A stretch of DNA of 20,000 bases from sequence record DRR723986_2974; one strand, 5' to 3'. The notes below the pieces were generated by a model, which was not told where the DNA came from, did no database searches, and saw only the letters and a list, made by a program, of their open reading frames with translations. Made by a program: the position numbers and the translations under genes. Below, one piece after another: positions 7,186 through 14,741 of this stretch (positions within the stretch are counted from its first letter, which is position 1; every line of letters begins with the position of its first letter).

Positions 7186-8504
7186 CTATCCGCCTGTCGC
7201 TTGCCGCAAAACACGAGCTCTGGTTCTATGGTGCGGTAGTTGTTTTCTTTTTGGATGTTTATTTGATGCGCAAAACTGATGCGCCTTTGTCTGCAAACAC
7301 TAAGTCGACCTCCGTAGAGCGCAGCTCCCGCGCTGGAAGGGGGATTGTCTTGGTACTTGTCGGAGTTTTGTGCGGCGCCGTGTCTGTGAGCGTTCTGTTG
7401 AACACCGACTTCGGAATTCCTCGGCGGTCTCCGGAAGAGTGGGAGCTTATCTCCAATATCGCGCGCAATATTGGCCTCATTGTAATAGCTATTCCAGCGC
7501 TGGTTTTGGCTTGGAGCCGCACCCGTACTGCCACCCGACAAGCCGAAATCGCCAACAAGCAAGCCGAACTGTCCGAAAAAGGCTTGATCATCGATCGCTA
7601 CCAAAAGGGCGCGCAGATGCTGGAGAGCGAAGAGCTTTCTGTTCGCCTTGCGGGCATTTACGCATTGCGAGAGCTCGCAGTAAGTGACCCGGTCGAGACC
7701 CATATTCTCGTGCAGGAGCTTTTGTGCGATTTCATTCGGGAAAGGTCGAAATTGCGGGAACCAGACCTCTCTCGAGTAACGCGCTACCGTCCTACGCCTG
7801 CATTTGGCCCCTTCCCACCTGATTTGCATTGCGCTCGCGAAGTAATGACGAACTTGCGAATTGAAACTAATGAAGCGCGCCAAATCGAAAGTAGTCGCAA
7901 CTGGGTCCCCGATCTCCGCGGAGCAAACTTGTGTGAAGCAAATTTGAATAATTCTTTTCTTCGTGGCGCAAAGTTGTCGTATGCCAATCTGTCTAGAGCA
8001 TCCATCGATTTTGCGAAGCTCAGTGATGCGAAATTGTTTCGTGCAAACTTGTCTCGTGCAACTTTGCGCGGGGCAAAACTTACAAACGTAGATTTCTGGG
8101 GAGCGAAACTGACCGGCGCACTGCTTACCGCCGCTGACCTTAGCAATTCGAACCTGATGTACGCAGACTTGACTGACACTGATCTGAGTGAAGCGAACTT
8201 GACGGCTTCGAACCTGAGTGGTGCCAACGTGGTAACGGCAAAAGTTACTTCTACTGACACAACAGCTATTTGGGCTCTTGAATTTGAACCTGCTAAAAAG
8301 CTTCCGCCCGACTTTGCCGATACTATTGCCTACAGAAAACAGTATGAAATGTGGCCGGATTTCGTTGAACGCATCGTGTTTGAACACCCGGAGCTCCAGT
8401 GGTCTGAAGATTTCAAAAAGTTCGAAGAGCCTGAAACAATCTAACGTTTCAACAGGTCCTCTTGTTTGCCCGTCTCTCTGTGTGCAGTTGGCGTACACGC
8501 TCAT
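7182..8504 (-). other. 440-codon operon-strand ORF antisense to the pentapeptide moron, ATGA-coupled at both ends; product not protein-like
   Basis: ATG 8504-8502 overlaps the C5-MTase TGA; TGA 7184-7182 overlaps the primase ATG. Confidence 0.45.
7266..8444 (+). CDS. Membrane-anchored pentapeptide-repeat protein (moron)
   Basis: Two TM segments, DRYQKGAQMLES...VRLAGIYALRELA motif, many A(N/K/D)Lxx repeats; more AT-rich codon usage; opposite strand to the operon. Confidence 0.88.
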   Translation: MRKTDAPLSANTKSTSVERSSRAGRGIVLVLVGVLCGAVSVSVLLNTDFGIPRRSPEEWELISNIARNIGLIVIAIPALVLAWSRTRTATRQAEIANKQAELSEKGLIIDRYQKGAQMLESEELSVRLAGIYALRELAVSDPVETHILVQELLCDFIRERSKLREPDLSRVTRYRPTPAFGPFPPDLHCAREVMTNLRIETNEARQIESSRNWVPDLRGANLCEANLNNSFLRGAKLSYANLSRASIDFAKLSDAKLFRANLSRATLRGAKLTNVDFWGAKLTGALLTAADLSNSNLMYADLTDTDLSEANLTASNLSGANVVTAKVTSTDTTAIWALEFEPAKKLPPDFADTIAYRKQYEMWPDFVERIVFEHPELQWSEDFKKFEEPETI

Positions 8505-10627
8505 TCCGCCGCCTCCAGAACTTCAACTTTTGGGGCCGCGTCAGTCATAATTGCCCCAACACAAGCCTTCATTTTCGACACGGAAACGGCGTTCCCGATC
8601 TGCTTGATCTGCTCGGTCTTGGTGCCGGCGAATTCGTAGGCCTGTTCCTCGTCGGTGAAGCCCATGGCTGCTGCCAGTTCGTGAGGCTCCAGCATGCGGA
8701 ACAGGATGTCGTATTCCTCTGCAGGCTCGACGAGATCGACGTGACCGGTTGCGGCGATGGTGGGTGTCGGCTGATCAAGCCCGTGAACCCTTGGTGCCTG
8801 GCCCTTCCGTTCGCCATGCTGGGCGGTGATGAAAGCAAGTTCACCACGGTTGGCACCGGTAACAGTGGGAAGCGGATCTTCGACGCTTCCAACCCGATCC
8901 AGTCCTCCAGCGTGAGTGACAGGGAGTACGGCGGCGAACTCGCCACCTTTCGCCGTTGTCATGGTCGGTAAAGGGTCTGTCTCGATGTTGCGGGCCTGGG
9001 CCCCTCCGTTGGAGTTCGTAACCGGTACCACCATTCCGAACCGCCCCTTGGAGGTGACAGTAGGGAGCGGCTCCTCCTCGCTTGAACAGGTCTCTCCTGA
9101 GCCTGAGCCGTAGTAGGGAGAGATCAAGGCGTGAGACGAACCGTTGCCGCCGGTGGTCTGTGTGGGGATCGGCTCTTCGACAGGGCGTGGTGCCCCGCCT
9201 GAGGCTTGAGAGAGGACGAAGGGTTCGACGACTGCATGTCGTTCCTTCACCGTGATAGTCGACAGCGGCTCCTCAGGGCTATGGCACCATTCCGTGTTGC
9301 CGTAGTACGACATCACCAGAGCGTGCGATGCACCGGACCCATGGATGGCACCAAGTGGGTCCTCGACGCTGTTCGCTCTACGGCTATTCGGGTCCTTCTC
9401 TTTGGGATCGTTTCCATGGGCGACGGTAACCAGCATGGGACGTGCGCACCCTGGGTGATCGCTTGCCGCCGCTCCACCGGTCGTGATCGTCGGGAGAGGA
9501 TCTTCTGAGGACCGCGGTGCGCCACTGTTGTGCTGCGAAAGCACGATTGGCTCGGCCAACCAGACGCCGCCCTTGGTATCCAGTGTGGGGATGGGTTCGG
9601 TTGAGGCCGGTTTTGCCTGATTGCCCTTGCGCCCGTTCATGATGACAGGCTCGGCAACACCGATATGGCTGGCTTCTGAGGTCTGCGTCGGCAAAGGAGA
9701 ATCCGAATCCCGTGCCGTCGCCCCTTTCTTCATATTGACCACGACAGGCTGGGCGAGCCCGATATGCGTGCCGTTGGCCGCAATGGTCGGCAACGGGAGA
9801 TCCAGGCCACGCGCTGCCATGTGGTTGCGCAGGATCACCAGATAAGGCTCAGGCCATTTGAACTTCACCGCTCCGGCATAGATCCGAGCCATTGTCTTCG
9901 GGGCGAGATCCTTCTTCCGTCCAAAGATGGACTTCCCCTTGATGCCCCAGTCGATGATCTCCCGTGCCGGCCGCCAAGGCTTCTCGACAGCAAACATGTC
10001 CTTGTCGAGTTCTGCCGGTTTCCGGTGCGTCGGCATCGGCCAATGAACCTTCCGACCATCGGACCGCGCCATGAGGATGAAACGTTGCCGGGTGGTCGCA
10101 TCCCCGTAATCGGCTGCATTGAGCTTGCGCCATTCAGGTTCAAAACCGAGGCCACGGATGGTCTGGATCCAGGCATGGAAGTATTCGCCCTTGCGGGACT
10201 TCACCGGCTTGCCGGTCTGTGCGTTGACCGGTCCCCAGCTGATGAACTCCCAAACGTTCTCGATGATGATCCGCTTCACCCTGAGTTCGGTCAGCCAGGT
10301 GATGATGTGCCAGGGATCGGACCTTTGTTGATCGCTGGTCGGCTTGCCGCCCCGGGCAACAGAGTGGTGGGTGCAGGTCGGCGAGGCCATGAGGAGGTCG
10401 AGGTAACCCTCGGGGACAATGAGGTGCGGTCGCACCGTCGCGATGTCCTGCACGTAGTGCCTGGCCTCGGGGTGGTTCTTCTGATGGGTCTCAATTGCGG
10501 TCGGCCAATGATTGAGGCAGACCAGCTCCATTTCGAGGCCCATTTCCCTCAAGGCCCGCTGACAACCGGTTGAAGACCCCCCTGCCCCACAGAGCAGATC
10601 AGCGACAAGCATCTTGCGCTTCTTCAT
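8501..10627 (-). CDS. Orphan C5 DNA cytosine methyltransferase with a repeat-expanded variable region
   Basis: Motif I DLLCGAGG, IV SPTC, VI ENV, VIII RQR, IX RML...ELAAAMGF, X QIGNAV; AGAGGG RBS before ATG 10627. Confidence 0.93.
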   Translation of the reverse strand: MKKRKMLVADLLCGAGGSSTGCQRALREMGLEMELVCLNHWPTAIETHQKNHPEARHYVQDIATVRPHLIVPEGYLDLLMASPTCTHHSVARGGKPTSDQQRSDPWHIITWLTELRVKRIIIENVWEFISWGPVNAQTGKPVKSRKGEYFHAWIQTIRGLGFEPEWRKLNAADYGDATTRQRFILMARSDGRKVHWPMPTHRKPAELDKDMFAVEKPWRPAREIIDWGIKGKSIFGRKKDLAPKTMARIYAGAVKFKWPEPYLVILRNHMAARGLDLPLPTIAANGTHIGLAQPVVVNMKKGATARDSDSPLPTQTSEASHIGVAEPVIMNGRKGNQAKPASTEPIPTLDTKGGVWLAEPIVLSQHNSGAPRSSEDPLPTITTGGAAASDHPGCARPMLVTVAHGNDPKEKDPNSRRANSVEDPLGAIHGSGASHALVMSYYGNTEWCHSPEEPLSTITVKERHAVVEPFVLSQASGGAPRPVEEPIPTQTTGGNGSSHALISPYYGSGSGETCSSEEEPLPTVTSKGRFGMVVPVTNSNGGAQARNIETDPLPTMTTAKGGEFAAVLPVTHAGGLDRVGSVEDPLPTVTGANRGELAFITAQHGERKGQAPRVHGLDQPTPTIAATGHVDLVEPAEEYDILFRMLEPHELAAAMGFTDEEQAYEFAGTKTEQIKQIGNAVSVSKMKACVGAIMTDAAPKVEVLEAAE

Positions 10628-11592
10628 GCTGCTGCCCTCTTGCTGATGAAAAGGAAAGGCGGCAGGTTGTGGTTGGAACGGGGGGCAGTTGTGTGAAAAA
10701 TTCGTGGACTTTTGGGCTCGTTGCCCTCGTCGGCATACCAATCGCTGTCGTTATAGGATGGTCCGCCTACCTGCTTGTTAGAGGCGATCCGGATACGAAT
10801 TGCAGTGGTACTGCGATTTATTGTTATGCCTACACGTGGCAAACGTTGATCGCTGCAATTGTCGCGCTTTTGGGCGCCATTGCCACAGTCTGGCAGATAC
10901 GAAAGCAGATAGAACTCGAGGCACAGTATCGTAAGAGCGAACTGATCACCAAAACAATTTACGAGCTTAAGTGGTGCTCGGTCGCCCTGCGAAACATAGG
11001 CATCAATCGCAACAATCTTCAATTGCGCATTGATGCACTTGCCGCCGGGGTGCCCGCGGGACATCAACTCGAAGAAATCAGCATCGCTACACTTGATTTT
11101 CCAGACACAATCGACCCGGATGTGCACGGCTGGCTTCGACATGCCGTTGCTAGTCTTGAAAGCATAAACAACAATATTCGAACCTACAATGCAGCCATCG
11201 AATACGACGCCGATGAATTGGAGCAGTGGCAGGACGGAAATTTTGATATTGTCAATGGATTGAACGATCTTTGTGAAAGGATCAAAGATCATTTGATCTC
11301 TCCCCGAACCGACACACTGCGTAGCGCTGGCTGGTCCCAGAAAGGCATTGATGACCTGTTGCGTGCCGGACCTGCAGAGGAGGAATGAATACGTTCCGAC
11401 GCTGTCCTCGCTCCACTTCATCGGGTATCGCAGTCGCTCGTTTCTCAAGTCGACAAATTGTGAAGTAGTGATCGCCGGGTTATGGAATGCGCGGCAACAT
11501 TGATGACGCAATGTCTTTCGACTTTCTATTCTCGGTCCCAGCGCTTCGACTCTTCGGTGTTGCTTAATCACAAAAGCGTTTCGATTGATCAT
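10624..11592 (-). other. 322-codon operon-strand ORF antisense to the membrane-protein moron, ATGA-coupled at both ends
   Basis: ATG 11592-11590 overlaps the MT-A70 TGA; TGA 10626-10624 overlaps the C5-MTase ATG. Confidence 0.45.
10693..11388 (+). CDS. Hypothetical membrane protein (moron)
   Basis: GTG 10693; two TM segments including YTWQTLIAAIVALLGAIATVWQIRKQI, then a helical cytoplasmic domain; AT-richer codons. Confidence 0.75.
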   Translation: MKNSWTFGLVALVGIPIAVVIGWSAYLLVRGDPDTNCSGTAIYCYAYTWQTLIAAIVALLGAIATVWQIRKQIELEAQYRKSELITKTIYELKWCSVALRNIGINRNNLQLRIDALAAGVPAGHQLEEISIATLDFPDTIDPDVHGWLRHAVASLESINNNIRTYNAAIEYDADELEQWQDGNFDIVNGLNDLCERIKDHLISPRTDTLRSAGWSQKGIDDLLRAGPAEEE

Positions 11593-12182
11593 GCTGCCTC
11601 GAACTTCTCTGTTTCATTTCCCCAGACCGACCATTTCGGATCGGCAGGGCGTGAGCGGGCAAACAACTCCAGCACGTCAACCTCAGGGCCAACGTATTCC
11701 CGGACTCTGTCGCGGAAGATTTCAGGCTTGCGGGAGTGCTCCCGGCGATTGTCGATGATCAGGGCGGGAACAACGTTCTGGCGCATGGAGCGCCCCCGCT
11801 TCCCGATCAGACAGTATTCAAGGTTCTTCTGGGTGGTGAAGCCGGTGCCACGGGCGAAGTCCTGCTCAACCATGAACATCTTCGGCGCCTTCGGATTGAG
11901 CTTCACCCAATCGAAACCCATCCCCGATGGCTGGAACCCCCATGCCTTCATGATCGGGATGTGAGCCCCCAGAACCAGAAACGGGCCTGTGATCCACATA
12001 AAGAGCACGCAGTTATCTGCGACATGATCCTTGACCGGGAGAGCGGCGATATCTTCGAGGGACTGGCAGGGATAGTGTTTGATCGGGTTCCGACCTGGCT
12101 TGTTCTTGCTGTTCGATTTGAAGTGCCACGGCGGGTCGGCGCATATGCAGCCAAACTTTCCGTCGATGCCTGGGAGCCCCAT
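11589..12182 (-). CDS. MT-A70 family N6-adenine methyltransferase
   Basis: ADPPW, LFMW, WGF, WVK, EYCLIGKRG, EHSRKP, ELFAR, WGNE motifs; TGATG coupling with the upstream ORF. Confidence 0.93.
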   Translation of the reverse strand: MGLPGIDGKFGCICADPPWHFKSNSKNKPGRNPIKHYPCQSLEDIAALPVKDHVADNCVLFMWITGPFLVLGAHIPIMKAWGFQPSGMGFDWVKLNPKAPKMFMVEQDFARGTGFTTQKNLEYCLIGKRGRSMRQNVVPALIIDNRREHSRKPEIFRDRVREYVGPEVDVLELFARSRPADPKWSVWGNETEKFEAA

Positions 12183-12313
12183 CAATCGACCTCTCCGTTA
12201 TGTCCCTTACCAGCGCGCCAGAACGCACTAACCGTTGCGAGAACAGCCCAGAGTGAGAAGCCGGAGCCGATGGCGATCAGGAACTTGGCGAGAGCAGATA
12301 ATTCGCAACTCAT
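12182..12313 (-). CDS. 43-aa single-TM protein MSCELSALAKFLIAIGSGFSLWAVLATVSAFWRAGKGHNGEVD; not in the ORF track
   Basis: ATGA and TGATG coupling at its two ends; GGAG RBS. Confidence 0.7.
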   Translation of the reverse strand: MSCELSALAKFLIAIGSGFSLWAVLATVSAFWRAGKGHNGEVD

Positions 12314-12462
12314 CGGCTGATCTCCCCGCAAGAAGGCAGGACCCGGTTTTCGTGCTTGAAGACCGTGAGAACACCAGCCGGCGGCGTGGTGATGTGCTCG
12401 AACAGCATCACCGCCATCGCGAGTGACATGATGAAGCTGAAGGTGTTGCAGAGCTTGCCCAT
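12310..12462 (-). CDS. 50-aa hydrophobic protein MGKLCNTFSFIMSLAMAVMLFEH...; not in the ORF track
   Basis: GAGGAG RBS; stop overlaps the next ATG. Confidence 0.65.
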   Translation of the reverse strand: MGKLCNTFSFIMSLAMAVMLFEHITTPPAGVLTVFKHENRVLPSCGEISR

Positions 12463-12498
12463 GGGGCGGTCTCCTCAGTCGAAGAGGTTGCGAATAGG

Positions 12499-12894
12499 TC
12501 AGGCAGCGTCAGCCCTGTGACCGGGTGGCAGGTCTCGGATTTTCTGCTTGTCCTCGGTAGAGATCCGCCAGCCCTGGCCCCAGACCGTTTCGATGGTGAT
12601 GTCGTGGTCTTTGAGCTTCTGGCGGATCTTGAAAATGAAAATGTCGAGGATCTTGACCTCGGGCCATTCCTTGTCGTGACGGTCGTAATAGAGCGCCGTC
12701 ATGATGGAATCCTTGGTGGCGATGTCCCGCTTCATCAGGAACTCGATCAGTCTGTATTGGAGCTTTGTCAGGTGAACGGCCCGCCGAATGTTCAACGTCG
12801 GTTCGAAATGAAGATCCTTGAGCTGATCGATCTCGTCCTGCTGCCGCTGGATGATGGTCTGAAGCTCTTCGACCTGGACAGAGAGATCAGTCAT
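12499..12894 (-). CDS. Coiled coil + OmpR-type winged helix resembling the CtrA DNA-binding domain; no receiver domain
   Basis: HLTKLQYRLIEFL...ALY...PEVKILDIFIFKIRQKL...IETVWGQGW compared with CtrA HLTGKEYQMLELL...PELKIIDVFICKLRKKL...IETVWGRGY. Confidence 0.85.
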   Translation of the reverse strand: MTDLSVQVEELQTIIQRQQDEIDQLKDLHFEPTLNIRRAVHLTKLQYRLIEFLMKRDIATKDSIMTALYYDRHDKEWPEVKILDIFIFKIRQKLKDHDITIETVWGQGWRISTEDKQKIRDLPPGHRADAA

Positions 12895-13460
12895 GCCGCG
12901 ACGCCCGCGAACAAGGGACCGTCACTGGCTTGGATCCGCTCCTGCTTCAGTTCGATCTGAAGCCAGAAGGCAATCCCGGCGGCCTCGGCAGCATCCTTGG
13001 AGCTGGCCTCGATCCCGGTCTGGGTGCATATCCGAACCGCGGCGTCTTTCCAGTCCTCGCCCTGCGGTTTCTTGCCGATGAAGGTCTTCCGCCAGGTTCC
13101 CTGATGCACGACCCAGAACGGGATCGACAGAGCGGTGCAAACCTCCTGCCCTATGCCGTTGAGGACGTTCAGCCGGACGATTGTCTTCTGGTTGATCGCG
13201 TTCCGCTTTTCCTTCGCCCCGAAGAACTCCTTGGAGGTGTTCATTGTGGTCTCGGTGACGTTGGTCATCAGAGGCGCTTCAATCGCGACCTTCTCGATTT
13301 CGTTGTGAACCAAGAAGCCCCAGAGCCAGGACCGGAACTTGTGGTAGACCTGACCGTCATCAAGCTTCTTGCCGGGATGGAACTTGCCGGTGGTGTATTT
13401 CTGGCCCTCGGCGATGCACCAACCCGTTGTGGTGGCTACATCAAGTCCTGCGATCTTCAT
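12891..13460 (-). CDS. RuvC-like (RNase H fold) Holliday junction resolvase
   Basis: IAGLD..TTGW, AIEAP, WRK..IGK, KD, DAAEAAGIA; GAGGAG RBS. Confidence 0.8.
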   Translation of the reverse strand: MKIAGLDVATTTGWCIAEGQKYTTGKFHPGKKLDDGQVYHKFRSWLWGFLVHNEIEKVAIEAPLMTNVTETTMNTSKEFFGAKEKRNAINQKTIVRLNVLNGIGQEVCTALSIPFWVVHQGTWRKTFIGKKPQGEDWKDAAVRICTQTGIEASSKDAAEAAGIAFWLQIELKQERIQASDGPLFAGVAA

Positions 13461-13484
13461 GACAACTCCTCTGGGTTCGAGGGT

Positions 13485-13660
13485 GCTCGTCTCTCCGAGC
13501 CGTCACGCCTGCTGCCTACGGCGTCCGGCCACGCTTACCCTCGAAGCGGTAGAGGTGGGTTCCTCGGACATTTACAGAGACCGTCTGGTTACCCACGAAC
13601 GTCGTCCAGTCTCACTGCCTCAGCCCGGCCACCGCATTGCGGCTCCGGGCATGGAGGCGT
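13485..13660 (-). ncRNA. Candidate structured RNA in the intergenic gap of the early operon
   Basis: Stems 13617-13658, 13577-81/13609-13, 13523-27/13565-69, and GCTCG-GAGAGA-CGAGC at 13485-13500. Confidence 0.45.
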
Positions 13661-13680
13661 GTCGTCGAAAGGGATTGAGG

Positions 13681-14217
13681 TCAGGCAACCTCCTCCAGAT
13701 CGGACTGGTCCTCGTCCGTGTTGGCAGGATCGGCAGGCTTGCCTTCTTCCTTCTGGAATTCGGCCCGTGCCGCACAGCCGTCGTGGAAACCGCGAATCCA
13801 GGCCTGTCCGGCCTCGGTGCTGAGATCGTGCGGATTCTTGTCCTGGCCCTCGCCAATGACCCCGGTACCGAAGCCCTGCTCGTATGCGTTTTCGGTGATC
13901 GGCTGCGACTGCGGGGCGACCTCGAACATGTCGATCTGGCTGGCGCTAAGGGGTAGACCGAGAAGACGGAGGTAGCGGAACAGATGGGTGTACCGTTTGA
14001 TCGCTTCAGCGATCTCGCCCTTCTTCTTGATCTTCAGAGCTTCCTTGATCGCCCATTTGTCGAGACCGTTCGCCTCGGCCGATTCAAGGCGGGAGGTGAA
14101 GTCTCTATTGGAGGTATTCTTCCGTTTCTGGAGTTCCTCGACCTTGGAGAGCTGGAAGAGCACAAAGGCATCGTCCCGGCTGATATTATGTTTCGGGGAG
14201 TCGTTCCCTTTGCTCAT
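13681..14217 (-). CDS. GapR/DUF2312-like N-terminal domain fused to an Rmf/CrpP-like C-terminal domain
   Basis: KVEELQKRK...RLESAEANGLDKWAIKEALKIKK...YLRLLGL (GapR pattern) and AYEQGFGTGVIG...NPH...QAWIRGFHDG (RMF pattern). Confidence 0.7.
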   Translation of the reverse strand: MSKGNDSPKHNISRDDAFVLFQLSKVEELQKRKNTSNRDFTSRLESAEANGLDKWAIKEALKIKKKGEIAEAIKRYTHLFRYLRLLGLPLSASQIDMFEVAPQSQPITENAYEQGFGTGVIGEGQDKNPHDLSTEAGQAWIRGFHDGCAARAEFQKEEGKPADPANTDEDQSDLEEVA

Positions 14218-14741
14218 GCTGCTTCCTTTCTCAAAACGTGCTTCAAGCCACTGATAGCCTTCCGTTCACTGCGCGTGCCGTCCCCTTTGGAACGGTCCCG
14301 GTGATAGCTGCAGAACATCAGCCCAGGCGTTGCCGGCACCTTGTGACCGCAACAGGTCGGAAGACCGTCCTCGCCGTAGTCCTGATCGATCCAGCGGCAC
14401 TGGAATTGCTGAGTTTTGAGGAATGGGATCTTCAGGCTCTTCACCGGGGAAGGTTTCTCGACAGGCAGCGCAGCTACCGGAGCTGGCTTCGCGACCTTGT
14501 CGGACCTGCGAACGGTTGCCCGGGAACGGGGATTTGAGCGGGTCGCTGAAACTGTCGGCGCGGCCTTTACGCGGCTCTTGCGGACCTGGGCGGTTTCGCC
14601 ACGAGCCTCGCGGAGCCTCATCAGCTTTGCGCAAATCGCCGATCTAGAACGGCCCAGCTTCAACGCGATCTGACCAGCGGTCTTGCCTTCATCACGCATC
14701 CGCTCAAGGTCCTTGACCTCTTTGTCGGTCCACCCATTCAT
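14214..14741 (-). CDS. gcrA: GcrA-family cell-cycle regulator homolog
   Basis: WTDKEVKDL...EGKTAGQIALKLGRSRSAICAKLMRL N-domain, Ala/Pro linker, CRWI...CCG...FCSYH C-domain. Confidence 0.88.
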   Translation of the reverse strand: MNGWTDKEVKDLERMRDEGKTAGQIALKLGRSRSAICAKLMRLREARGETAQVRKSRVKAAPTVSATRSNPRSRATVRRSDKVAKPAPVAALPVEKPSPVKSLKIPFLKTQQFQCRWIDQDYGEDGLPTCCGHKVPATPGLMFCSYHRDRSKGDGTRSERKAISGLKHVLRKEAA

